Assembly (NCBI GenBank): GCA_964016885.1
Contig: OZ024740.1
Span: 228,780,001-228,844,000 of the forward strand
Direction: 5' to 3'
Source: Eledone cirrhosa
Taxonomy: Eukaryota
Length of the DNA stretch: 64,000 nucleotides
A program made the position numbers and the translations under genes. Below, piece by piece: positions 12,436 through 29,782 of the stretch; within the stretch, counting starts at the first letter, position 1, and every line of letters begins with the position of its first letter. The notes below the pieces were generated by a model. It did no database searches. It was not told where the DNA came from and saw only the letters and a list, made by a program, of their open reading frames with translations.

Positions 12436-12620
12436 TGGATGGCCGTTGTTACCCCTAACCGGCTGATTTCTTCTGCTTTTTTAGGGGTTTTGTTTTGCAT
12501 TCTGCAGGGTATCCAAAAATCTCTCACCGGCTGAAGTAGGTTTGGTGGAGTTACCGGTTTAGTCACCAACGACCTGACATTGCAACAGGTCGTACAAGGT
12601 CGCATGTTACCAGTAGCATT
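12436..12620 (-). mobile_element. Diverged RTE 5'-head repeat
   Basis: Minus strand tgctactggtaacatg..ggtcgttggtgactaaaccggtaac..tgcagaatgcaaaacaaaacc resembles the heads at 44672 and 61333. Confidence 0.6.
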
Positions 12621-12709
12621 CAAGAACGACATGACATATTCAGCAAATAACACACATAAACGTGTATATGTCCCTTCCATGTAGTGTACCGATTGTGTTG
12701 TTTACCTTT

Positions 12710-14070
<1,361 letters not shown>

Positions 14071-14449
14071 TAAAACTTCTCCATGAATATGTGTAGGTGA
14101 AAAGAAAGGGGAGGAGAGTTCTAAAGACTTTTAGAGAAGGGAAGAAATAAGAGCGAATAAGTGAGAGTTGAAATGGGAGGGGGGAAATTAAGAAACAACA
14201 GGTGTAATTATTGTGTGTGTGCGTGGGTGTGTGTATGGGTGTGTGTGTGTGTGTGTGTGTGTACATGTGTGTGTACATGTGCGTGTTTATTCGTGTTTAT
14301 AACTGATAAATCAGAAAAGAAGTGAGTGAAATTAGATGTAAGAGAGAAAGTGAAAGAGAGTGAGGGAAGAATTAGATGTGAAACGAAGGAATGTCTTGGG
14401 AGAGAGAATGAGAGGGCGTGCGTGTGTATGAGGGAGACAGAGAGAGTGT

Positions 14450-14522
<73 letters not shown>

Positions 14523-14718
14523 TAAAAGAGGAAAAACGCTTACAACTTTCTCTTTTTATATATATGATGCAAGTGAATCCAAATACACAGTATTCGGTGG
14601 ACACCATTGTCAATAGCAGAAATGTGTGCATGAGTGTGTGCACGTATGTATGTATGTATGCATGTATGTTATGTATGCATGTATGTTATGTATGTATGTA
14701 TGCATGTATGTTATGTAT

Positions 14719-15088
14719 GTTCTGGTTTTATAATTTTATAAATGTTTACCAATAGAGAGAGAGTCGGTTTCTAACATAGTTACAAGACTCTCTCATTGGA
14801 ATTTAGACATCAACTAGGTAGATATATAAGCATGTCTGCATGTCTGCATGTGTGGATGTGTATGTTTTGAGTTGTATGTGTGCATGTGCATATACTTAGT
14901 ATCTGTACATGTGTATATGCAGTTATTAGATGCAACATTTTTGGAATGTTTTACATATTTTTACTGTTCCAGTAATTTTGTACTTGTAGTTTCCTAACTA
15001 GTTGTGTTCTTTCTGTTCCTGTGAAGCCCAGTTTCTCAAGATTTGTATTGAGGCAGTTACTAACATATCCCAGTACCCCAATAATCAT
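14719..15088 (-). mobile_element. RLE LINE family CATA-1, short 3' fragment
   Basis: IIGVLGYV...LVRKLQVQ plus 3'UTR; (TATG)n on both sides. Confidence 0.8.
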
Positions 15089-15093
15089 ATATG

Positions 15094-15127
<34 letters not shown>

Positions 15128-15189
15128 TGTATGTATGTATGTATGTATGTATGTATGTAGGTATGTATGTATGCATGTATGTATGTATG

Positions 15190-16162
15190 TAAGCAATTGG
15201 AGCGTTTCCATCAGATGTGTCTCAGACGGATCCATGGCGTTCACTGGAGGGACCACATCAGTGATGTCGAGATTTTGGAAAGCTCTATGTGTGACAGTAT
15301 AGAAGCTCTTGTGCTTAAGCAACGACTCCGTTGGAGTGGTCACCTTGCCAGGATGAAGGATTCTAGAATACCAAAACAACTCTTTTATGGAGAGTTGGTT
15401 AAAGGAAAAGAAGGATTCTAGAATACCAAAACAACTCTTTTATGGAGAGTTGGTTAAAGGAAAACGACCGCCACATAAACCAAAAAAGAGGTATAAGGAT
15501 TCCTTGAAAGCCTCTCTGAAAGACGCTAACATCTCTGCTGATGAATATTGGGAATAATCTGGGAAAATATTGCTGCTGATGGAGAAAGACTGTATATGAG
15601 GGAAAAGTTGCCTTTGAGGCATCTCGAATCGCATACGAGAAAGTAAAGCGGGATGTGAGGAAGGGCATTGCTGTTGCACTTCCAGACGGCGAGGGTCCTC
15701 CTATGGTGCTGACATGCAGTGTCTGTGCGAGACTCTGCCTAAGCAAAGCTGGACTCGAAAGCCCTCTTCGCAGTCATAAAGTAAGACCAGTGGTTGACTA
15801 CCAGGCTGCTGTTGGAGATGTTACTCATCATGCTTGCCAAACATGTGGTAGAGAATGTAAATCAGCAGGAGGGCTCAAGCGACATGCAAAAGTACACGAA
15901 ATCCAACCACAGCCGGCTATTCCCAGTGAATGTTTTGGTTGCCGACTCTGTGCAAGACATTTTAGATTATTGGCTGGGCTAAAAAGCCACATTCGATCGC
16001 AGCGCTGGTAGTTGCTATCGTGTGTGTGTGTGTGTGTGTGTGTAGATATGCTTATGTGTGTGAGTGTGTGTGTATATATATATGTATATGTATATTATTA
16101 TTGTTGTTGTCGTTATTATTATTGTTGTTATTATTATTATTATTATTATTGTTATTAATGTA

Positions 16163-16233
<71 letters not shown>

Positions 16234-16362
16234 GTATGTATATGTATATATATATATATATTTCTTTTTTTTTAAATTTTCTTTTTATTTATTTATTATT
16301 ATTATTATTTTTTTCTTTCTCCTCGTGCAATGGCCATACTCGATAACGAGGGGGCAGCCATC
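15190..16362 (+). mobile_element. RTE-clade LINE 3' part with three C-terminal C2H2 zinc fingers and (ATGT)n tail
   Basis: LERFHQMCLRRI..HWRDHISD...RLRWSGHLARMKDSRIPKQLFYGEL. 55-bp duplication at 15355-15464. Fingers CSVC, CQTC..GLKRH..H and CRLC..GLKSH; stop at 16011. Terminus tggccatactcgataacgag..gcagccatc(atgt)n. Confidence 0.85.
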
Positions 16363-16605
16363 ATGTATGTATGTACGTACGTACGTATGTATGTATGTAT
16401 GTATGTATGTATGTATGTATGTATGTATGTATGTATGTATGCATGTATGCATGCATGTATGTATGTATGTATGTATGTACGTACGTACGTACGTACGTAC
16501 GTATGTATGTATGTATGTATGTATGTATGTACGTACGTATGTACGTACGTATGTATGTATGTATGTATGTATGTATGTATGTATGTATGTATGTATGTAT
16601 GTATG

Positions 16606-17200
16606 AATGTTCTTCTGGTTTTATCATTTCACAAAGTTTTACCAATAGAGAGAGAGTCGGTTTCTAACATAGACACAAGACTCTCTCATTGGAATTTACA
16701 CAACATCAACTAGGTAGATATGTATGTATATATGTCTGCATGCATGTGTAGATATGGATGTTATTGTATGTGTGGATGTGGATGTTTTGAGTTGTATGTG
16801 TGCATGTGTATATGCTTTGTATCTGTACATGTGTATATGTAGTTATTAGATGCAAAATTTTTGGAATATTTTACATATTTTTACTGTTCCATTAATGGAT
16901 TGTACTTGTAATTTCCTAACTAGTTGTGTTCTTTCTGTTCCTGTCAAGCCCAGCTTCTCAACATTTGTACTGAGGCAGTTACTAACATATCCCAGTGCCC
17001 CAATAATTCTAGACATAAATCTGAAGGTGTAATCAGGGTGGAGTATCTGCAGATTTCTCATCAGTTCTGCATAAATATTCTCCTTTTCACTAATCTTTGA
17101 TATTATATTGGCATCTGCTGGGCAGCTAATTTCCACTACTGTGCATGCTTTCTTCTCCCTGTCCCATATCATAATATCTGGTCTGTTATGCCTGCATTTT
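16606..17200 (-). mobile_element. RLE LINE family CATA-1, endonuclease domain plus 3'UTR
   Basis: HNRPDIMIWD...VEISCP...EKENIYAEL...IIGALG is a PD-(D/E)xK RLE domain. Both ends are in (TATG)n. Confidence 0.88.
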
Positions 17201-17231
17201 ATGTATGTATGTATGTATGTATGTATGTATG

Positions 17232-17603
17232 TTTTCTCTTTCTCTTAATTTTGAGTATATTTTTTGACCGGCCACCTTCCTGGTGGCAAGGTTGTAAAAG
17301 AAAAGAAATTGTCATCCCTTGAATCGCAAGAATGTTTTGCAAATTTTGAAGGTGCCAGCTATCGCAGCCATTTGTAGACTATGAATTAGGGAGCTGCGCT
17401 TTTTGTCCGCAAATCCAAGTTCAGTCATACTTTGGTCCAAGCGGGTTGGTATATAACCCGTAGCACCAATAATGATGGGTATGAAGCTAAAGGTGTATCT
17501 TGGATACTGGATTTGTAAACTCCTCATCAATGGTCCGTAGATGTCCTCCTTCTCCTGTATTTTTCTGACAACGTTTACATCAAGTGGGCAGCTGATCTAC
17601 ACA
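17232..17603 (-). mobile_element. RLE LINE family CATA-2, 3' fragment
   Basis: ISCPL...EKEDIYGPL...PIIIGATG. Nearly identical to 44177-44599. Flanked by (TATG)n. Confidence 0.85.
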
Positions 17604-17635
17604 ATGTATGTATGTATGTATGTATGTGTGTATGT

Positions 17636-17860
17636 GTTATAACATCCATGAGCTCAGCTGGTCTCGCTTGGGGATCCAGCCGGGCAGATTGGAGACAGGA
17701 CTCGCTGAAAGAGGTGTTTGAGAACTCTGCTCCCACGACCTTAAAGAAGAAGAAGAAGAAGAAGAAGAAGAAGAAGAAGAAGAAGAAGAAGAAGAAGAAG
17801 AAGAAGAAGAAGAAGAAGAAGAAGAAGAAGAAGAAGAAGAAGAAGAAGAAGAAGAAGAAG
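17636..17860 (+). mobile_element. RTE (Expander-like) extreme 3' end plus (AAG)n tail
   Basis: ataacatccatgagctcagctggtctcgcttgggg..ctctgctcccacgacc then (aag)n; same family as 42480 and 54775. Confidence 0.75.
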
Positions 17861-18969
17861 AATATGTGTGAGTGTGTATGTGTGTGCGTGTGTGTGTGTT
17901 CCCGCCTCCGTGCTCGTGTTTACATATGTGTTTGTGTCTGAGATTATATCCCGTAAATTAGCGGTAAAATAAGTACAGAGATCGATATGATCCCTTTAAG
18001 ATGGTGCTCTAGCATGACAGTAATCAAATGACAGGAACCAAACAAGCAAAATATATATTTTTTTAAATCTGTGATAACTTTCCAATGAATGAATATGGTG
18101 AAGATAGGACTGGTATCCAAGAATGTAATGCCCTAGGCTAGCTCTACAATGTGTGTCCTTCCTCCTAGTTAAACGCTCCACTTTCCCAAATAAAATAATT
18201 TCAATAATTTCAACTTTTAAGCTGACGACAAACCCAGATTTTGACCCTACTTACTTAAAGCACATTAAGAAAATTACTAAGTCTGCATTTTCTACTATAC
18301 AGTCCACATTCACACACGCCAAATCATATAGCAGGACATACATAACACCATATGTCCTTCGCCATCGCTTGTAATATTTCCACAACGCTGCTACGCGGCA
18401 AAAATGTTTAGCGATATATTTATTGATTGCAGAAGGCGACGCTATCAACGTTTTTTTCTGTCCTGAGGCTTTTATGCCCAATTTGTTTGTTTATTTATCA
18501 TAGTAAAAAAAATACGTGCCTTGAAGCTTCTGTCATCATCATCATGTCAAGTTTCCTCGGACAATGTTGATAATTATACTTCTCCACTTATCCCTATCCA
18601 ACTTGGCCTCCACCAGTTCATTCTTTCCAAACAGGGGCCTCGTTTGCCTTAAAATTGTGAGGGAGACAAACCAACATTTGTTGATTCTTAAAGGAGCATG
18701 TTAGTATTGTTTATGGTGCCTTTACCGGACCCTATTACATAAGTAAAATTTTACGCTAATTAAATTTTATATATTCAAATGAAGTTCAGATATAAAAAAA
18801 TAAGCTTAGAAAAAATTTATTATATCAAAGAAACAAAGAACAAAAGATGTTCCTAAAAAGTGTGTGTGTGTGTGGGGGGGGTCCCTGGTAACCCCCTGAA
18901 ACAAGGCCCTTGCTTTCCAAGACTCGTGTCTTTACAAACCCACTCTAGAAACGTAGCATGAGGCCAACC

Positions 18970-19215
18970 TCGGAGTGCTGGAACACTCACAAAAGAGATG
19001 GAAAGACGGTTAGATGGCACATATACAAAACTACTGAGGAAAGTGCAAAATGTATGTTGGAGGGAACACAGAACAGACGAGTCTCTATACGGTGACTGCA
19101 GGAGGATAGAGGCTAGAAGACTGGGTCTCATAGGTCACGTGTGGAGAAGTGATCAAGCAGAGACATCACATGAGTTACTGCTATGGCAACTTATACATAG
19201 CAGAAGAAAAAGATG
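18970..19215 (+). pseudogene. RTE-like LINE C-terminal fragment
   Basis: TLTKEMERRLDGTYTKLLRKVQNVCWREH....LYG...RRLGLIGHVWR. Confidence 0.7.
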
Positions 19216-19242
19216 CCAGCTTCCTACTGAAACTTCTAACTT

Positions 19243-19639
19243 TATCCTCGGGTTTCGAATAATGCCCCCTGTCCCAGTTTATTAATTTTCCCACCCCGGC
19301 CCACTCTTATTCCGTTCCCTTTGCTCTTATTCTACCCCGTCAGTTTATTAAATTTTGATAATCTATCTTCAGCAACATTTTATTTTAACTTGTAGCATTC
19401 CTGCGACAATTAATTTTCTTTAGGCAGTAAAAAAACATTATACAAGACAAAAAAGTACATTACAAGAAATCCCATATGTTATAAAATAGATGGGTTGGGT
19501 TCTCAATATGTAAATTAAATTATTGATTCTAGTTTCTAAAAAAATCAAGGGAGACAACCTAGAAAAATTACCGATTTGCAAAACCTTCCCCCCTCTCCTG
19601 CTTATTCCAGCTCCACCATATCATTGGGACCCGAGAGTA
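19243..19639. mobile_element. MITE with imperfect TIRs
   Basis: Left tatcctcgggtttcgaataa; right attgggacccgagagta. A related mini copy lies at 54674-54767. Confidence 0.55.
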
Positions 19640-20050
19640 AGTTAATTTTCAATAAATTATATGTTTGATCTAATTAAAACATATTTGTATGAAATTATGA
19701 CCCTTTAAAGCTCAGTAATGTATCACAATGAGATATGCGCCCAAGTTGGCCTTCATGTTAGTGCCAGTCCTGGAAAGAGGTCATCGTTCTTGAGGTCAAT
19801 ATTTCTCCTCGGCCTGTCTGTGGGAAGGAAAGTAGGAGGGAAAAAGAGAGGTGAGGAGCAGGCAGAGAGGCTGTGATTTGTGGGATGGTCAGCGAACACA
19901 CCTAAATGACGTGTTGATGACGGCTATATTGTCCACGTAGTTCTCACACATAGTCATGTTTGTGTGTCACACATACACACATACACACACACATACTCAC
20001 ACCTGCCTGCCTTACACATACACAAACAAATGCGCACACTCATACACACA

Positions 20051-20095
<45 letters not shown>

Positions 20096-20180
20096 GTAAA
20101 ATATTGAACGGGAACAAAACAGAGAGGCAGTACGAACAAAGGTTTATTAGTTTCACGCTCTTGAGAGTGGGGTGGTGGTG

Positions 20181-20220
20181 GGGAACGACGTTTCGGGCAT
20201 AAGCCCTTCTTCAGGTGAAA
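20181..20220 (-). ncRNA. Minimal Penelope-type hammerhead motif
   Basis: Minus strand: cac CTGAAGA AGGGC TTAT GCCC GAAAC GTC. Stem I pairing is weak. Lies within a probable decayed Penelope pLTR (~20090-21250) ending at (TA)n. Confidence 0.6.
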
Positions 20221-21259
20221 AGTGTGTGGTAAGAGAGTTCCAAGGGTGTGTAGGGGAGTGGTGGAGAGACATATAGAAAAAAGGGGGTGAGAGGAAACGG
20301 TACAAATGAAAATTAAATATAAAAGCATAATAAAAATAAAAATAAACATGAAGTAAAACAGGTGGTGGAATGATGTGGGGCGTGTTGGGGTGGTGGCGGG
20401 TGGAGTGGGGAGAGGGAGGCGGGGTCTCCGAGCGGGGAGGGCTGAAGGTGGTGTGTGTGTGTAGGTGTACGTGTGTGTATGTGTGTGTGTGTGTGAAAGT
20501 AAGAGTTGGGGAAGAACGGGGTTGCATGTTCAGGAAGAGGTGTGTGTGGGTGGGGTGTAGGTCGGTGTGTGTGTGCGTGTGTGGATGGGGACGGGTCAGA
20601 GGGGTGGGGGGGAGAGGATTCCGGAGGCTGAGTGTGTAAATATGTGGTGGTACGCACGTGTGTGTGGTGTTTATGCGTGTTGTGGATGGAGGTGGCGTGT
20701 GGGAAAAAAAAATGTGTGTGTGTATGTCAGTGGGTGAGTCCTTAAGGTAGTTCCGTAGAGGATGTGGTGGAATGCTGGGTAATATCCTTGGGATGTGGTG
20801 GATTCTAGGGATCGATGTTCAATATGTGTAATCCGTGGTGGGTTGGTCGGAAGAGGGGAGATGTGGGGTGCGCGCGCAACAGGAAGTGGTCAGAGGGTCA
20901 AGGCAGGAGGAGGGTTGTGTGTCTGTGTGTGCGGGGAGGTGGTCAGAGATAAGGGCATAGCAGCAGTTGGGTAGAATGGTAAGTAAAGAAAGTCGGTGTG
21001 TCAGTGTGTGCGGAGGTGCGGTGGAAAGGGGAGAGGATGGGTAGGTGTGAAAGTTGGAGTGAGGAGGGGGGGGTGTATTAGTAGAGATGTTAGTGGGATG
21101 TGTGTCTGTGTGAGAAAGGGTGTGGGTGGAGCGGGGAGAGAAGGGTGTGGGGGCCGGTGGAGGGAGTGTAGTGTACTGGTGTGTGTGTGCGAGTTTGGAT
21201 GAGTGTGTGTGTGATATATATTTAAAAGAATAGAGGTGTAACACGAGTTATGATATATG

Positions 21260-21396
21260 TGTATGTACGTATACATACTTATATTTAGGTAACAGCCGTA
21301 CTAAGAGTGAGAAATGAAATTTCATTTTTTCCATTTATATATCTCTCTATATATATATACATATGTGTGTATGTATATATATATATATACATATAT

Positions 21397-21468
<72 letters not shown>

Positions 21469-22135
21469 GGAAAAAATGAAATTTCATTTCCCACTCTTAG
21501 TACGGCTGTTACCTAAATATAAGTATGTATACGTACATACATATATGTATACAGACGTACAGTAGTATGTATATATATACATACATGCACACATATATAT
21601 GTACGTATGGATTTACCGAACATTTATTACAATGTTCGGTTTGTTTGTAAACAAACATCCCGAATTAAGCCGTACAGTGTTTAACAACCATCGTTGCCCT
21701 TTTGTTCAACACTGACAAAGGAACGATGTACTAGTTTCAAGCTTATTAGCTGTCATCAGTACCGTATACCTGTCTGTCAGTTGATTGAACGTTTGAAAGT
21801 ATATACTTTCCTTATGCATATTAACGGCTGAGCAGCCTAATTTGCATATCGAGTGAGTTAGTCGGCGGGCGCACCGAAAACGATAAATGGAAAAAATGAA
21901 ATTTCATTTCTCACTCTTAGTACGGCTGATTCGTTCCTTTGTTAGTGTTGGACAAAATGGCAACGATGGTTGCCGAACACTGTACGGCTAATAATTCGAG
22001 CTGTTTGTTTACAAACAAACCGAGCATTTTAATAAATGTTCGGTAAACCCATACGTACATATATATGTGTGCATGTATGTATGTATATACATACTACTGT
22101 ACATCTGTATACATATATGTATGTACGTATACATA

Positions 22136-22140
<5 letters not shown>
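21260..22140. repeat. Nested fold-back structure (two inverted-repeat pairs), probably Penelope pLTR-derived
   Basis: ~21260-21340 pairs with ~21460-21540; ~21517-21725 pairs with ~21930-22140; 21883-21928 repeats 21463-21508. Confidence 0.85.
21724..21764 (-). ncRNA. Minimal hammerhead motif inside the fold-back loop
   Basis: Minus strand: cggta CTGATGA c AGCT aata AGCT t GAAAC TA GTA catcg. Confidence 0.6.
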
Positions 22141-22206
<66 letters not shown>

Positions 22207-22405
22207 TGGTAAAAAGGAAAAGAAAATGCTGACAAATTTTTCCCAGTGAAAAATAGTTTAATTAGGAATAAGTATAAATTAGTAATAAATATTAGTTAGT
22301 ATTCAGTTTTAGTTTTAAGTTTTTACCGGTTGCGCATTTCTTATGCTTTTCAAAAATAGTTTTGAGATACAGTGCTCGTGATTTTTGCTCTAATCTAATT
22401 TTTGC

Positions 22406-22473
<68 letters not shown>

Positions 22474-22667
22474 GTGAGGTTCTTTTACAAAATGAAAAAA
22501 AAACCGAGGTGTCCTACACGAGTGAAAGTATAAGGAAAAAAGATGAAATCGAAAATGCAACTGGAGTTTTTTTTTTTTTAATATATTTATTTGGTTCCTT
22601 TACCGGTTTCGCAGTTCTTGTGCTTTTCAAAAGTAGAATTGTGATGTAGGGTTTGTGGTTTTTCTCG

Positions 22668-22807
<140 letters not shown>

Positions 22808-23058
22808 TGTGAAGGCTGAGGGGTAAGAGAATTCGATTCGCAATCGAGAGGTTGTGAGTTCGATTCCTGGACCAGGCGATGCGTTATTTCTCGTTGCTCC
22901 TTATACGCGGAGTTGCGACCGATAGAGAGCATTAGCAATTGGAAAGACCATCTGTTGGAGATGCAGGACATGGCAGCGATAATGAGGGACAGAGACCGCT
23001 GGAGAGAACTCGTCCATGGATCTCGGGAATTTTACCTGCCTTAGATAGATAGATAGAT
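22808..23058 (+). mobile_element. SINE family B head joined to an RTE-like 3' end with (TAGA)n tail
   Basis: B box gagttcgattcctgg; then encodes MQDMAAIMRDRDRWRELVHGSR; then tagatagatag. Confidence 0.6.
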
Positions 23059-23059
23059 A

Positions 23060-26320
<3,261 letters not shown>

Positions 26321-26394
26321 AAAGACGTATTGATAGGGCCCAGACAGCTGGTTGAATGTATGGTGTTTCAGTACATATATAAGGCATGTGTGTA

Positions 26395-26610
26395 GGTGTG
26401 TGGCTTAATGGTTAGAGTGTTTGGTTCACGATCGCAACGTCGTGAATAGAATTTACAGTGCGTTGTGTCCTTCAGCAAGACACTTTATTTCACATTGCTT
26501 TACATCAACTTGTCTAGGGCGGGTAAAATTCCCATGTCCTGCCTCTTCAAGAGACCAGTGTCTGTCCTTAGGGCATCAACATATGTTAACCTCGGTCTTC
26601 CTCTTCCAGT
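26395..26610. mobile_element. SINE family B head (+) followed by an RTE 3' fragment (-)
   Basis: gtggcttaatggttagagtg..gtccttcagcaagacacttt; minus strand encodes GRGRPRLTYVDALRTDTGL. Confidence 0.6.
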
Positions 26611-27347
26611 GTGTCTATGTAAAAAATGAGTTGTATCTCTAATTCACAGGACCAGCCTGGTCTCACTGTGACAGGTGGACCCCCCGCCCCGCCCCCCCGA
26701 CCCCTCCACCACCTTGAGAATTACGTTACTGTGGAATGCGCGGCAACTTGTAAGTTAATTACACGAACAGGTTGCTCAAACGACTGGAACAGTTGTCGTT
26801 GGAAACGACAGGTGGTCCTACATAACCCACACGTTGCCTGGGTGGGATGGGGGACTGCATGGTTGACATTGCCACCCCCTGCCCACGTTTTAATGGTACA
26901 CCCTCTGATTTAGGACATAGAGTTTATAAAAACGCCCTGAAATACGTTCGTTGCGAAAGAGTGCCCACCCCGAGTGTATTGAGGTACCCACACACACACC
27001 CTCACTACCACTACTAAAGTTTGTCGACAGGCTGGCAACACACACACATACACAGATGCATACACACAGACGCACACACACACACATATATATATAGACA
27101 CACATATATATACATGCATGCACACACACGTGCTCATATAGTCTGTGTGCAAAGAGAGACTCAATATGTTGGGTAGACACACGCATAGACACTCACGAAC
27201 ATACATACACCAAACACACACACACACACAGACATACACACACATACAGAGACACGGTCACACAGTCACACACAGAGAGAGGCAATTAATCATCCACACA
27301 CACATCGTCTCAGTCTGTCGGCTGAAACATATTATGCAATGTGGTTA

Positions 27348-27778
27348 GCGCGGTGGATTGGCAGCATCGGTAGAGCGTCGGACAACATGCTTCGCTTTAT
27401 AGAGTTTCTGCCCTTTATGTTCTGAGTTTAGCTTTGTCTTTCATCCTTACGAGGTCGATAAAATAAAGTACCAGTCATGCACTTGGGTCGATTTCATCGA
27501 CTTCCCCATCCCCAAAAATTGTTAGCCTTGTGACTAAATCAGAAATCACTATTACGCGATGTCAGGGCGGTGGATTGGCAGTATCGGTAGAGAGTCGGTC
27601 ACCATGCTTTGCAGCATAGAGTTATGATCAGTGTTGATATCCCGCCAAGGTTAACTTTGCCTTTCATCCTTATGGGGTCGATAAAATAAAGCACCCGTAA
27701 CGTACTGGGGTCGATTTAATTGATTTTCCCCTCCCTCCAAATTACTGACCTTGTGTCTATTGTAGAAATCATTATTAC
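27348..27778 (+). mobile_element. Two tandem SINE family A copies
   Basis: Consensus matches at ~27348-27553 and ~27565-27778. Confidence 0.8.
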
Positions 27779-27964
27779 GCGATGTTGTATTTAGTCCCAG
27801 GCCAGGCGTGATTTAACAAAACTTACTATCAATACTCATTCCATCCAAGACCATCCCATTTTTTCAGGCTCAAGTTGTCTAGGACTACGTTATCAAATAT
27901 ATCCCCTTACCGTTTTACGACGATAGGGTAACTTGAGGGAAAGTCGACGGCTAGTCGAATGATG

Positions 27965-28150
27965 GAGCGTGGCTTAGTGGATAGAGAATTAGATTCACAG
28001 TCGTTATATTGTGATTTCGAATCCCGGACAGGACAGTGCGTTAAATCCTTGAGCAATACACTTTATTTCCTGTTGCTCCTTCTGTCAGGACCATCGATCG
28101 GTAGTTAGTATCAGCAATGGAAAGTCTAATGTAAACATTGTTTCCTCGGT
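27965..28150 (+). mobile_element. SINE family B
   Basis: gcgtggcttagtgg..ttcgaatcccgg..ccttgagcaatacactttatttc; shares its 3' part with 58390-58575. Confidence 0.65.
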
Positions 28151-28932
28151 CGTATTTGACGGGTTAACTACACACGGTAAGCAAATGGGACTTGGAAATT
28201 TGTCGATCGTTCTAGCTATTTTGGAGGCGGCTCTGTGTAGAATATTTAAATAAAACCATCATAATCATACAGGGTTATGGAAACAGCTTGTATTTATTTA
28301 TTATTTTTAAAACGTTCTCCTTTCTCTTATAAGCATTTCACATAAACTGAAATTAATGTCAATCACCGGTAACATACATAATAACCGATAGAGAAGGCGT
28401 GTCTTAATTCCATATCAGTGTTTAATTACGTTAATAAAAATAATTATTTTCCTAAGCCACAGCAGGCTTAGAAAATCAACACACAATATTGTATATGGAC
28501 GAATTAGAACAGTGAAAATAACACAATAGCAGGGTTATAACAACATCAAGAGAACAGCGTGTTGTCGGAAGGGAAATGACATGAAACTACAGATCGGTTC
28601 GTAATTTGACCACTTTTGGTCTATAACATGTTAAAATGAAGATATACAGAGCACACACACACACACAAACACACCACGGAGTTAGAGGGAGAGAAAGACT
28701 GACATACGCACGCAGACCCACACACAGATACAGACACATACACTGGCATAACCCCCCCCCCCACACACACACACACACATACGCATACACACACACATAC
28801 ACACACACACACACACACACAAACTCACAGTACAAGTTATGTAACAGGTGTACTTACGTATGGTTGTCAATCGAGTTCGACGATGGCCATATTCTCTTTC
28901 TTGTGTGTACTGATTCATATTTGTATATCCCA

Positions 28933-29146
28933 CATGTAGGGGTGCCGAAAAGTTCCTGGCATTGAGGTAAAAGAGAATACAGGAGGATCAGTTAATTATG
29001 ATTTTATTCAACATATTCAGATTCACACACTTACTGCAGCAGTCCTTCAATTTTTCTAAGCCCTGTAAAAGGAACTCGGAAGGTTGGGCCTCCAGCCAAG
29101 CCTCTGTAGCAGCGATCAAGTCAGGAACCTTTCAACACTCCTCGTA
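28933..29146. mobile_element. Tc1/mariner-derived MITE
   Basis: TIRs ..ggggtgccgaaaagttcctg and caggaacctttcaacactcctcgTA. Confidence 0.75.
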
Positions 29147-29782
29147 CAGTTTCGGGTTCAGACGGGGTATATACGTAAATAAGGCTGTTATTGCTTCGAT
29201 CAATCCACAAACATTCCGCAAACACCAAGAAAATATCCAGAAAACACTCAGAAAACACCCCTAACTTGTACTCATAACTCCTGCTAAACCATACGTAACT
29301 GGACAGGAACAGCCATCAAATGGTATAAGACAGACGTTTAGCCAGTTACCAATTGTTATTTTGTAAAGCTGCCCCTTTCCTCACTTTTCCTGGAAGTGTT
29401 AAGGGTGTTTCTCTTCCATAGCTTCAACCCCACCTCTAACAGTAAGGCCACTAAAGTGAATGGCGGATAACGATGTCTCTTGAACAGTTAATGCTGTCCC
29501 TCTTCAAGCGAGCCCGTCTTTAAACCGCTTCTACTCAGACGTTAACCACGGTGTATATAATCCTTATAAGATCCTACGGAAAAGACATGGGTTAGATATA
29601 CCTGCTACATATCAGAGGCATCTTAGTTGATAAAAAAAGAGTTTGATAAATCATTAAGCAAAATATACACATGCTTAAGACATCAGAGGAAGAAGGTCAC
29701 CATTTTATTCAAATTAATGGTATTTGTCATTTTGAAAGGTTTTTAAACGTGTGGTGCACCATAAGCTTTTAAGTGCTTAGAG

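Noticed and set aside
15655-16011. Host C2H2 zinc-finger gene
   Set aside because: Continuous with RTE post-RT motifs and followed by the retroelement terminus.
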